Shown here in pieces: positions 11,397 through 22,864 of a DNA stretch of 53,192 nucleotides. Origin of the DNA: Octopus bimaculoides (Eukaryota); assembly GCF_001194135.2 (NCBI RefSeq), contig NC_068991.1, positions 67,547,136 to 67,600,327 of the forward strand. Direction: 5' to 3'. A program made the translations under genes and the position numbers. The first letter of the stretch is position 1. Each line of letters starts with the position of its first letter. The notes under the pieces are model-generated. The model was not told the DNA's origin. It ran no database searches and saw nothing but the letters and a program-made list of their open reading frames with translations.

Positions 11397-11829
11397 AACA
11401 AGAAACAAGATGAGGACAAATATCCATCAAATGTAAATAATGTAAATAATGCAAATAATTCCTCATCTCTTAAATATAGAACTGTATATAAGATTAGTAC
11501 CAGTTGAGCATTGGGGGTCAATGTAATCAACTTATTCCCACCCTTGAAATTGTTGGCCTTATGCCAAAATTTAAAATCAATATCTAAATATGTTTAGCAG
11601 GTGAGGTGGAAGAATCGTTGGCACACTGCACGAAATGCTTAGAGGTATGTCACCTGTCTTTATGATCCAAGTTCAAATTTTACTGAGGTTGACTTTACCT
11701 TTCATCATTTTGGGGGTTGATAAAATAAGTACCAGTTGAGCACTGGGGTCAATGTAGTCACCTTAGCCCTTCCTTCCCCACCGAAATTGCTGGCCTTGTG
11801 CCAAAATTCGAAACTTTTGATAATTGAAC

Positions 11830-12328
11830 ACTAAACTCGGCTTGCAAAGACCTGTTGGGGCAAGCGAAAGCGAAATCGTGATGGCACCTGTACCAGTAGA
11901 TCACTAAGAGCACCATCTGAGCGTGATCGTTGCCAGAGCACCAGCTGTCTGGCTTTCATGCCGGTGGCACGTAAATAGCACCATTTGAGCGTGACCGTTA
12001 TCAACATCGCCTTCCTGGCACTTGTGCCAGTGGCACGTGAAAAGACATTTGAGTGAGTTCGTTGCCAGTGCTGCTGGACTGGCTCCTGTGTGGGTGGCAT
12101 GTAAAATATACCATTTCGAGCGTGGCCATTGTCAGTACCTCCTGACTGACCTTCATGCCGGTGGCACGTAAAAGCACCCACTACACTCTCGGAGTGGTTG
12201 GCGTTAGGAAGGGCATCCAGCTGTAGAAACTCTGCCAAATCAGATTGGAGCCTGGCGTAGCCATCTGGTTTCACCAGTCCTCAGTCAAATCGTCCAACCC
12301 ATGCTAGCATGGAAAGCAGACGTTAAAC

Positions 12329-12359
<31 letters not shown>

Positions 12360-12360
12360 T
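11830..12360 (+). mobile_element. SINE family C, longest copy in the window, with internal ~50-bp subrepeats and (GAT)n tail
   Basis: Repeated units of the type gtggcacgtaaa.agcacc.ttcgagcgtg..cgtt.ccag, then the conserved 3' end and (GAT)n at about 12328-12358. Confidence 0.8.
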
Positions 12361-12817
12361 TTATATAATAATCGACATAGGATGCACAAAACAAACCCCA
12401 GCAGAAAAATAATGTTTAAATTAATTAAGGATTAAGCATGATATTGCGCTACCTTCTTGCTGCTGTTGCTGTTTAGCCCCAGGTCAGACTGATCAGCAAC
12501 CCTATGGTCAAATATTTTCCATTAATGATCCTGTCTACTTTCTTCATCTTTCAGATATAATACATCAAGGATTATCTTATGTAACACTTGTTTTTTCAAG
12601 AGAGCAAGGGGCTTAATTCGATGGAAATTTCAGCTGCTATTTCGAGCCTGCTGATTGACCACCAAGAGACTCTTTTGCTTGCTTGTCCCACTGCTGGTCC
12701 TCGCTGAAGTCAAAATAGGGACCTCATTAATAAACAACAACAATGACGGCAACGGCTACAGTATCACGACACACAAAGATTAAGAGATTTAATAGCACGA
12801 TTTAAAGAGAACATGGG

Positions 12818-12854
<37 letters not shown>

Positions 12855-12919
12855 ACCAGTGATAACAATTAGGTAATGAGTAAGAAAAACTATGACCTTC
12901 AACACGACCTACTGCACAC

Positions 12920-12962
12920 AACCGCCACTACCACCACCACCACCACCACCAATCACCACAAT

Positions 12963-12998
<36 letters not shown>

Positions 12999-13049
12999 CA
13001 CCACCAATCACCACAATTACTACTACTACTACTACTACCACCACCACCA
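12920..13049. repeat. (CAC)n/(TAC)n compound trinucleotide repeat running into an assembly gap
   Basis: Read directly. It produces the spurious poly-T/Y/H/P ORFs. Confidence 0.95.
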
Positions 13050-13774
13050 NNNNNNNNNNNNNNNNNNNNNNNNNNNNNNNNNNNNNNNNNNNNNNNNNNN
13101 NNNNNNNNNNNNNNNNNNNNNNNNNNNNNNNNNNNNNNNNNNNNNNNNNNNNNNNNNNNNNNNNNNNNNNNNNNNNNNNNNNNNNNNNNNNNNNNNNNNN
13201 NNNNNNNNNNNNNNNNNNNNNNNNNNNNNNNNNNNNNNNNNNNNNNNNNNNNNNNNNNNNNNNNNNNNNNNNNNNNNNNNNNNNNNNNNNNNNNNNNNNN
13301 NNNNNNNNNNNNNNNNNNNNNNNNNNNNNNNNNNNNNNNNNNNNNNNNNNNNNNNNNNNNNNNNNNNNNNNNNNNNNNNNNNNNNNNNNNNNNNNNNNNN
13401 NNNNNNNNNNNNNNNNNNNNNNNNNNNNNNNNNNNNNNNNNNNNNNNNNNNNNNNNNNNNNNNNNNNNNNNNNNNNNNNNNNNNNNNNNNNNNNNNNNNN
13501 NNNNNNNNNNNNNNNNNNNNNNNNNNNNNNNNNNNNNNNNNNNNNNNNNNNNNNNNNNNNNNNNNNNNNNNNNNNNNNNNNNNNNNNNNNNNNNNNNNNN
13601 NNNNNNNNNNNNNNNNNNNNNNNNNNNNNNNNNNNNNNNNNNNNNNNNNNNNNNNNNNNNNNNNNNNNNNNNNNNNNNNNNNNNNNNNNNNNNNNNNNNN
13701 NNNNNNNNNNNNNNNNNNNNGGAGTGGTGAAGGCAGTTAAAGTTCAGTTAGCTTGAGATGTGTGTGGGGGTAGT

Positions 13775-13826
<52 letters not shown>

Positions 13827-14461
13827 AAGATAGAGAGGGATTTCTGGAAAAAATATGGGCAACATTTATCCTCTTGATATCAGTCTGCCTGAAACCATCC
13901 CTGGTTCTATATTACAACAAGGTTCTCGCTTTAAAACCATCCAACTTAAAAACCTTCAATCAAAATTTCATGCTAGCTCATGTTCCCAATGGCTACCTGC
14001 TTCTGCTTGCAATGGCATTCACCTGCAGTGGGTCGACTCAGCTCTGACCAACAAGTTCACCATGACCTTCACAAACGCTGACCACATTCGACAGTTGGCC
14101 ATAGTCAAGGCTGCAATGAATATAGACGCCTGGTTCTACTGCTGAAAACCATAGATGCGAGGGCCTGATTGTGCATCCACATCCACCTTTATCATTGCCA
14201 GCCACATCTTCAGTTCTCCTCCGGCTAGTTTGCATGTACCAGGGAGGGGACCAGGGTTGACCACTTTGTGAATGAATTCCCCCAGAGGCTGACAAGAATA
14301 TGGCCAAGCCACTTTAGACATCTTCTGAGTAGAGCTTGATGCAGCAGCATTGTTGTATTTTAGGATTCAAAATGAAGTCCAATGGGCAAACAGTCAGAAT
14401 TTGACAAAAGCAGTCGTGGTCGATGAACTCAACACTGAACAAGTTCTCAATTATTGCTTAA

Positions 14462-14681
14462 CCCCTTAGTATTTAAACAGGCCATATCCAGCCCAAATAT
14501 GCTTCCTGTTTTATGCTCTAGCTAGTCAGATCCAACCTATCACACCTACCCTTCAATGCCATTCTAGAAATATACAATTTCATCATCGAAACTTTATAGC
14601 TACAAAATAAAGCACGATTAATTATAAACAATGTCAATGAAAAAGCGTAACATTTGATAAAATAATGTGAATACGAAAGGG
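14462..14681. mobile_element. 220-bp piggyBac-type (TTAA) MITE
   Basis: TTAA at 14458-14461 and 14682-14685. Termini CCCCTTAGTATT / AATACGAAAGGG match at 10 of 12 positions as inverted repeats. A same-length relative lies at 20089-20308 in opposite orientation. Confidence 0.75.
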
Positions 14682-15210
14682 TTAATAATGTTTGTTATTT
14701 TACTAAATTTTTCATTATTTTCAAACTATATTGAAACAAAAGCAGTGTATTTCAACAGAAATATGGTAACAGAAGGATTAACCGTTACGTTTCACTTTGA
14801 TAAATGATGGTTGATACAATAGATTTAGATGGAACAGAAACTGTGTAGCCCTATGGAGGTTGCCATGGTAATTTTTTTGTCTTAGAATGTGTCAGAATGA
14901 TATGCAAAACATGCAAAAACTGTGGCCTAATGTAAAGTATATTTTTTATGTTGTTTCACTTTAATGTCCTTCCTTCCAAAAAAAAGCATGTGTGAGGGGT
15001 CTTATACGTTTCCACAAACACCATGTAACAATTTTAGTTTGTATTGTAAATTAAAGTTTCTGCTCAACTTATAGTGAGAAAAGGAACAGACCCCCCCCCC
15101 ACCAATTTTGCTTTTTTTACTGAACCAGATCATTGTCAAGTTCATGTACTTTGATTTTTAACTTTTTGTACATTAATTTCTCCTATGTCTACTGTTTATA
15201 TAAGTTAGGT

Positions 15211-15586
15211 GGAGGTGCAATGGCCTAGTGGTTAGGGCAGCGGACTCGCGGTCGTAGGATTGCGGTTTTGATTCCCAGACTGGGCGTTGTGAGTGTTTAT
15301 TGAGCGAAAATACCTAAAGCTCCATGAGGCTCCAGCAGCGGATAGTGGCGAACCCTGCTGTACTCTTTCACCACAACTTCCTCTCACTCTTTCTTCCTGT
15401 TTCTGTTGTGCCTGTAATTCAAAGGGTCAGCTTTGTCACACTCTGTGTCACGCTGAATCTCTCCGAGAACTACATTAAGGGTACACGTGTCTGTGGAGTG
15501 CTCAGCCACTTGCACGTTAATTTCACGAGCAGGCTGTTCCGTTGATCGGATCAACTGAAACCCTCGTTGTAACCAACGGAGTGCCT
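15211..15586 (+). mobile_element. tRNA-derived SINE family A, full length
   Basis: A and B boxes and a body matching the other family A copies. Confidence 0.85.
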
Positions 15587-15944
15587 TCTTCAGGTGTCTT
15601 GTGTTGAACTTGGTTGTTGTATTGAAATCTCAATCTAATCCTGCCAGGGGTACCCTGTTCTCATTTTGCTCTCCCTGTTTCATGATATTTTTGCTTCAGC
15701 TGATTTTTCTTCCAAGTTCTTAGACAGAGCTTAGAAAAACTGAAAGATCGCTGCAATGAGCGTGTAAATTTGAGAGAGAATATGTTGAATAAAATCATAA
15801 TTTTATTGATCCTCCTATATTTTCTTTTATCCAAAATCAGGAACTTTTCACCATTCCCTCATACAATGGCCTCAAATCCTCAGAAACACTGGTCTCATGT
15901 CATCTCCACTCAGACACTGTTGGGTGATTCATATATTCTCCAGT

Positions 15945-16152
15945 ACCGCCTGACTGGCCTTCGTGCGGGTGATACGTAAAAGCACCCACTACACTCTCTG
16001 AGTGGTTGGCGTTAGGAAGGGCATCCAGCTGTAGAAACTCTGCCAAATCAGATTGGAGCCTGGTGTAGCCACCTGGTTCACCAGTCCTCAGTCAAATCGT
16101 CTAACCCATGCCAGCATGGAAAGCGGATGTTAAACGATGATGATGATGATGA
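15945..16152 (+). mobile_element. SINE family C, 3' part
   Basis: Conserved family C 3' end with (GAT)n tail. Confidence 0.8.
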
Positions 16153-16312
16153 TCTCCAACAGTGTTCTCCCCAACCTCTCCTTCTATTCTTATACTAACA
16201 ATTCTACCTCATCCTTTTCCTTGCTGGGCATCAACCTTTTGCAATTCTTCTTCCTGCATCTGCCAGTTTATGTGGAATGCACCAATCTCACTGCTCATAG
16301 AGGACTGCTTAA

Positions 16313-16552
16313 TCCTTTCGTTACCGTATTTATTTTCAGATGCTGTGTTTCTTTCAACTAATTTTAAATATAACAAAGTATTTAGTAAAATAACTGATGA
16401 CGATAATGATAAACTTGGTGATCATTAAGCTAGTGTTAGGAACATGAATTGTGACTAAGGTTTGGTGGAAAATTTTAATTCAGAACTTATGAAAGCAAGA
16501 CATTTGTACTACAGAGCCAGAACTGGTTTCAGCCGGGTTGGTATTGAAAGGG
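16313..16552. mobile_element. 240-bp piggyBac-type (TTAA) MITE
   Basis: TTAA at 16309-16312 and 16553-16556; imperfect inverted termini TCCTTTCGTTACC / GGTATTGAAAGGG. Confidence 0.65.
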
Positions 16553-17345
16553 TTAAAAGATTTTGGTCAGTCTGGGATAGAAGAAGATACTTGCTGAAGG
16601 TACCACTTAACCTGAAACCATGTGGCTGTGAAGCAAACTTCTTAAACAGATTACACATGTGTCTACATAGAAATTTCTTTATAACTTTTTTTCTAATTTT
16701 GGCACAAGGCTAGCAATTTTGAGGGAGGAAGAAGTTGATTTCATTAACCCCAGTGATTGACTGGTACTTAATTTACTGACCCTGAAAGGATGAAAGGTAA
16801 AGTTGGCCTTGGCAAGATTTGAACTCAGAAAGTAAAGAGCTGGAAGGAATGCTGCTAAACATTTTGTCTGGTACAGTAACGGTTCTGTCACATAGGCAAA
16901 GGACCAAAAAATCTCTGGGGACAGAAATAGTCAATTAAATCAACACCAGTGTCTGACTGGAACTTATTTCAGCAACACTGGAGGGATGACCGGTCAAGTT
17001 GACCTTGGTGGGATGACAACAAAGAATGTAAAAGGCTGCAATTAAAATTTGCAAGGCAGTTTGTCTGTAGTACTACTACTACCATTCCTATAATAATCCT
17101 TTCTACTGTAGGAACAAAGGCCTGAAATTTGGGGGATGGGATTAACTCGATTACATTGACCCCAGTGCATAACTGGTACTTATTTGATCAACCCTGAATG
17201 GATGAATGGCATAGTTGACCTTGGCAGAATTTGAACTCAGAATGCAGTAACGGGTGAAATACCGTTAAACATTTTGTCCATTCCTATAATAATAATAATA
17301 ATAATAATAATAATCATAATAATAATAATAATAATGATAATAATA

Positions 17346-18010
17346 AATGTTCTGATGCAGTAGCAGGCAGTGGCACTCATGGCTTCTGATCTTAACTGAT
17401 TGGAAGTGTTATCTGTGCCAGCGGCAAGTAAATAGCACCATTTGAACGTGATCGTTACCAGCGTCACCTTCCTGGCACGTGAAAAGACATTCGAGTGAGA
17501 TCGTGGTCANNNNNNNNNNGCATGTACATTGTCTTGTCTTGGTATAAAAGATGGGCTACAGCAAATATTCTGCTCAAAACCATAGGTTTGCTTGTCAGTT
17601 GTTTGACCTTAACCAGTTGAACATGTCCTTTGGTGGATGACGATATGTGCATCTCTGATCATGAGCAGAAGTAGTGGGGGAGCATCATAGCCATGTGTTG
17701 AGAGGAATTCTTATGGGTTTGAATAATTCACCTTTGGAAACATGGGTGTTTCGTTCAACATTCTTAAACGAACCTTATTCAGGGACCTTTTGAGCGGGAT
17801 GGGCTACTCGACCTGAAGAAAATTCTAACTGGGCCCCACCTGCGAGGTCATGTGCTGTTTATCTTGATATGAGATCACCACGTCGGGCACATATAGTTGT
17901 GATGCATGTGCTTGGTGTACCCTTATCAGACGGGTAGTCATGATGGGTATATTGGGCTTTGTATATTTTACCTCAGTGTCACTTTGATGGCATGCACTGC
18001 TCTTTCACTC
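17346..18010. mobile_element. Non-coding interspersed element flanked on both sides by (AAT)n, with a nested family C SINE fragment at about 17414-17509
   Basis: (AAT)n at about 17286-17345 and 18011-18052; the intervening sequence is more GC-balanced and has no recognisable ORF. Confidence 0.5.
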
Positions 18011-18045
<35 letters not shown>

Positions 18046-18206
18046 TAATAATGTGGTATTTATTCTAGTCTGCTACACTCTAATCCAGTGATTCTTAGCT
18101 GAGGTCTATAATAAGATTTTATTGTTAAAATTTATGAGCAATAGATCGGTTATACATCTGAAATGCAGAAAATATTTTAGTTTTTTTAATACAATTCCTA
18201 ATAATA

Positions 18207-18431
18207 TTTACTCTTTTACTTGTTTCAGTCATTTGACTGCGGCCATGCTGGAGCACCGCCTTTAGTCGAGCAAATCGACCCTGCAACTTATTCTTTGTAA
18301 GCCTAGTACTTATTCTATCAGTCTCTTTTGCCGAACCGCTAAGTTACGGAGACGTAAACACACCAGCATCGGTGTAAAGCTATGGTGGGGGTACAAACAC
18401 AGACACACAAACATATACACACACACCCATA

Positions 18432-18462
<31 letters not shown>

Positions 18463-18690
18463 CATATATACGATGGGCTTCTTTCAGTTTCCGTCTACCA
18501 AATCCACCCACAAGGCTTTGGTCGGCCCGAGGCTATAGTGGAAGACACTTGCCCAAGGTGCCANNNNNNNNNNCAGAATAAGTACTCGGCTTCCAAAGAA
18601 TAAGTCCTGGGGTTGATTTGCTTGACTAAAAAGGCGGTGCCCCAGCATGGCCGCAGTCAAATGACTGAAACAAGTAAAAGAGTAAAAGAG
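18207..18690. mobile_element. SINE family B: minus copy (18207-18563) plus an oppositely oriented 3' tail (18573-18690), separated by a 10-N gap
   Basis: The tail cttttacttgtttcagtcatttgactgcggccatgctgg appears on the left and its reverse complement on the right. Confidence 0.75.
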
Positions 18691-19249
18691 AGTATACAAG
18701 ACTATACGAACACAAATTAGTGATTGAGAGCTGGAGATGAGTGTGTATTTAGAGCGACCCAATTGTCTATCAAATTCAGTCATCTCATTGGACAGTTCCC
18801 ATCAGCACTGATAACAGACTGTTACTGATAACAGAACAGACATTGTACTTAAAGGCTAGTGAACAAAATACAGTATCCATAATAGCTCTTTGTCAAATGC
18901 CATACAACAGAGGGCTGAAAATCTGTGTAAGAACAAAAGGACTTACCACTGGAGATACAGTTGATGCAAATGATGAAAACCGAAATAATTACAGATGTTA
19001 TAGAAATGTTTGATAAGTCTGAACCAAGAGCAAAGGCTAATTTGTAAAATTTGCTTAGGGGACACCCCCACCAAAATATATACAACCAAAGTGCAAGAAT
19101 GGCTGGGTACTTAAGAAATTTACTTCACAACCAAGCAGTTTCATATTTGGTCCCACTGTATGGCATCTTGGGCAAGTGTCTTCTACTATATCTTTGAGTT
19201 GACCAATACCTTGTGTATGGCTGTAGCCAATCCTAAGCAGAACATGAAT

Positions 19250-19590
19250 ATGGTCCCACTGTGTGGCACCTTGGGCAAGTGTCTTCTACTATAGCCTTGG
19301 GCCGACCAAAGCCTTGTGAGTGGATTTGGTAGATGGAAACTGAAAGAAGCCCGTCGTATATATGTATGTGTGTGTGTATATGTTTGTGTGTCTGTGTTTG
19401 TCCCCCCAACATTGCTTGACAACCGATGCTGGTGTGTTTATATCCCCATAACTTAACGGTTTGGCTAAAGATACCGATAGAATGAGTATTAGGCTTACAA
19501 AGAATAAGTCCTGGAGTTGATTAGCTCGACTAAAAGGCAGTGCTTCAGTATAGCCACAGTCAAATGACTGAAACATGTAAAAGAGTAAGA
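19250..19590 (+). mobile_element. SINE family B, slightly 5'-truncated
   Basis: Family B body and tail. Confidence 0.8.
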
Positions 19591-20088
19591 TACATGAGGG
19601 ACACTGTCTTGGTACATGCCTTGTGTATGGTTGTAGCCAATCCTAAGGTCAACACGAATACAATACATGAGGACGCTGTTTTGGTACATACCAACAGCTA
19701 TCTAAAACTCATAATAAATCATATAAACCCATAACATGCATCACAAGCAACCAATGTATGACAACAGTAACTCTGAAAAAAAAAAAAGGAGAAACTGGTA
19801 TAGATAAATGTGTTTCTTTATTAGTCCTGTAACAAAAAATCCACCCCCTACAAAGCAACCTCTTTCGTGTTTGTGGTATGATAAAATGTACTCAGTTTAA
19901 GCTGTGAAGTGGTTGATGATAAGAAGGGCACAAAACCACAAAAATCATACCAGGACACTTTACATACATAACAGCAAAGCTTGCTGGTTTTCTTTGCTGT
20001 TTGGGTATGTGTCCAAGATGATGCTGGACTATGACAAGTGGTGAGATGTGAGATGCATCCAATACATGTGAGCATAGAAAACATTTAA

Positions 20089-20308
20089 CCCTTCAGTGTT
20101 CAGATTACTCTGTTAAATGTAATACTTTTACACTCAAATTGTTTTGAATTAATCATGCATTATCTTATAGCTTTGAGGTTTCAATGACGTGATTGTTTAT
20201 TTTTAGAATGTCAATGTAGGTTAGGTGTGAGAGGCTAGATACGGACAGTTTGAATATAAAACACGTAAAATATCTGGGCCAGATATGGCCGGTTTAAACA
20301 TTAAAGGG
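20089..20308. mobile_element. 220-bp piggyBac-type (TTAA) MITE, same family as 14462-14681
   Basis: TTAA at 20085-20088 and 20309-20312; CCC/GGG ends; shared internal segment ggccagatatggccggtttaaa. Confidence 0.75.
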
Positions 20309-20564
20309 TTAATGAAACTGAAAAAGGGCAGATTGAAATAATTGTTTCTAATTTAAGTGCAGGGCCAGTAATTTTGAGGGGAGGGGGGGTCAGATGATAT
20401 CATCAACCCCAGGACTTGACTAGTATTTTATTATATTGACCTTAAAAGGATGAAAGGCTATGTTGACTTTGTGGGATTTGATCTCTGAATGTAGAATCAG
20501 AGCAAATACCACAAAGCATTTTGTCTGATTCTAATGATGCTGTCAATCCACAGCCCTAGAACAA

Positions 20565-20615
<51 letters not shown>

Positions 20616-21121
20616 TGTTGTTTAACCCCAGGTCAACCATAATTAGATAAACCCATGGTCAAAAGCATTCCACTCCCAATCATCCCATCTTTTTAATGTA
20701 CAGTATATTTAGGATTACATTTTCCAGTGTTCCCTCCGGCTTTTGTTTCTTTTAAAGATGGTAGCGTTTGATTTGAGGGGAATTTGGTTGCTATTTCAAG
20801 AATGTTATACAACTGAGTACAGTGTCCTTCATTGGTTTGACAGGGACCGGTTGTTGTTTTTAGCACCAGGTCAATCATGATTGAACAGACTTTATAATCA
20901 AAGGGTTTTCAAACCATAACCACTCCGTTATCCAATGTGTCTTTCTTTTCTTTTTAAGACAATAGGGTATCATTTAGTGAAGCTGTTATTTCCAGGCGGT
21001 CGAATTACTGGCTATAATGACTTAAGGGTACAGGGTTTTCAAGGCAGTGAGCATAGTCAATTGAATCTTTCACAGTGAACAGATACTCATTTTATCAACC
21101 TGGTAAAGGTAAAGTTGAACT

Positions 21122-21287
21122 GATAGATCACCCATTGTGCTTTTTAAGACGGCACGGTGTGATTTTTAAGGGAGATTTGGCTGTTATATCTTGCAGGTCG
21201 AGTGACTGACTATGTGCAGACTTCTTCGTAGGCTTCTGGCCGAGTTTGTAGGTACTGGTGTACGAACCGAACGAAAATAAACGGAAA
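21122..21287 (+). repeat. 166-bp direct repeat, copy 1 (copy 2 at 24835-25000)
   Basis: Base-by-base comparison shows 165/166 identity; the only difference is G21139 versus A24852. Confidence 0.95.
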
Positions 21288-21329
21288 CGTACAGAGTGGG
21301 TGCAGGAATTTGAACACAGTGATAATAAT

Positions 21330-21540
21330 TATTTCTATTCCAGGCACAAGGCCTTGAAAATTTTTTGAGGGAGGGGATGTGTCGATTATATCGACCCCAA
21401 ACTGGTACCTATTTCATCATATCCCGAAAGGATGAAAGGCAAAGTCGACCTCGGCATAATTTGAACCCAGAACGTAAATGCAGAGGAAATACTGCTAAGC
21501 ATTTTGCCCGGCGTGCTAACGATTCTGCCAGCTTGCTACC
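21330..21540 (-). mobile_element. tRNA-related SINE family D
   Basis: Reverse complement of gctggcagaatcgttagcacgccgggc...ttcaaatt..gccgaggtcgactttgcctttcatcctttcggg. Further copies lie at about 10915-11040, 11595-11810, 16700-16885, 17100-17280, 20345-20545, 21940-22110, 43955-44305 and 49620-49835. Confidence 0.8.
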
Positions 21541-22159
21541 TTACACAGTGATAATAATGATTCCCAACAGATACACACAAGGCGATAAATTATGGGACAA
21601 GAGTGGACAGTGTTTAGGTGTGGTTGGATCCATGCAATTAAGCGTGAGCGGATAGTCTGTTATATCAACCCTAGTACTTATCTTATTAATTCATCAACAT
21701 CTGAAACGGTTTTTAACAAAGGAACAACCACACAGACTTGGGGAGGGTTTGAAGGCAGAACAGGCGATTATATCAACAGCAGTACTTGATTGGGACATAC
21801 TTTATTGATCTCAAAAGGATGGAGTGCTGATTCAAGCTCAGCCAGATGAACTTGGAACATGTGATGCTACTAAATTGTTAAATACTGTAAGGTATTTGGT
21901 CCAAACCTCTACCAATCCACATGAATAGCAATCACTAACATAATAGAAGGCCAGAAATTTGAAAGAATAGGGGTTAGTCAATAAATCGACCCAAGTATTT
22001 CAACTCTGAAAGACTGCAAAGTTGACCTCAGTAGAATTTGAACTCACCACTTAAAGGGCCATAACAAAATACCGCATGGCATTTCTTCAATGCTCTAATG
22101 ATTCTGCCAATAACAATAACAATAAAATTAATGGAAATAGAAATAAAATATTTACTCAC

Positions 22160-22864
22160 CTCACAGCGTAACCTCTCCAGGCAACGTTTGTTTCTGTTGA
22201 ACATGAAAACGAGGCCAACATTGGTACCAAGACATATGTATTCCCCATTTGCAGCTATACAGGTCAACAACAGTTCACACTCGTTAAACATCCCTTTAAG
22301 GGCCTTCGCGGGAATAAGTCCTAGTAGTCCAGTCATAGGTTCATGTTCACGTAACTCCGGGTTCTCATACAACAAGGTGGAGGCTACCGACGTAGTAGTG
22401 GTCGTTCGAGTAAGTCCAATCGAAGACCCACCCGAGTGTGCCGCGTGGCTGTAAGGGTAACTCGACGCCGCCGCAACCGTCCCTACGGACGACGATGACG
22501 CTGATCTACAGCGAGACTGATATAACAATGATGATGACGATGATGATGATAATGACGGTGGTGATGATGATAGGGGTGGTGACGATGACATCTGTACACT
22601 CGTCAATGGGTAGTTGTGGTGAAGGTTGTAGTGGTGGTCAGTACATTGACCTTCCATAGAGCCAGTCGCAGTCAACGAAGGACTGATCGCTATTGTTCTT
22701 GTGGGTATAGGTATTGTTGCTGTAGTCGTCAAGCATTTTTCTTGACTCGATCCTCCTTGATCGTCCATCGCTAGGGGCTGCCATACATCCCCTAAACGAT
22801 CCATACTGTCGCAGACTGCACCAGTTCCGGCAGGATGGCTGCCGTCTTTACTGTGCGATGCCAT
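22160..22864 (-). CDS. TECPR2: TECPR2-like protein, first coding exon (235 codons): about 166-aa low-complexity extension plus the start of the WD40 propeller
   Basis: First ATG in the open frame is at 22864; donor GAG|GTGAGT at 22160/22159. ENPELREHEPMTGLLGLIPAKALKGMFNECELLLTCIAANGEYICLGTNVGLVFMFNRNKRCLERLRCE aligns with the recalled human segment EPVTFREFCPLYYLLNAIPTKIQKGFRSIVVYLTALDTNGDYIAVGSSIGMLYLYCRHLNQMRKYNFE. The start codon is uncertain, and the paralogue HPS5 has not been formally excluded. Confidence 0.85.

Larger units (their letters stand above)
11043..11443. repeat. Long inverted repeat: two arms of about 190-200 bp (11043-11243 and 11256-11443) with a 12-nt spacer; each arm is a Penelope-like terminal repeat with (AAT)n
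   Basis: The left arm is the reverse complement of the right arm along its length, e.g. attcaggtcactgcctgga / tccaggcagtgacctgaat and cctcatcttgttt / aaacaagatgagg. Confidence 0.9.

Noticed and set aside
12876-13740. 280-aa ORFs with poly-T/Y/H/P
   Set aside because: They are made of trinucleotide microsatellite plus N gap. The same applies to the long X-filled ORFs at 30346-31007, 34875-35973, 43045-43918, 47424-48111 and 51929-52987 outside the true exon.
18207-18690. Tight inverted SINE tails here and at 31503-32087 as strong dsRNA hairpins
   Set aside because: In both cases an assembly gap lies between the arms, so the orientation may be a scaffolding artefact.
22098-22659. Plus-strand ORFs overlapping TECPR2 exon 1
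   Set aside because: Antisense shadows of a real coding exon with no recognisable product.
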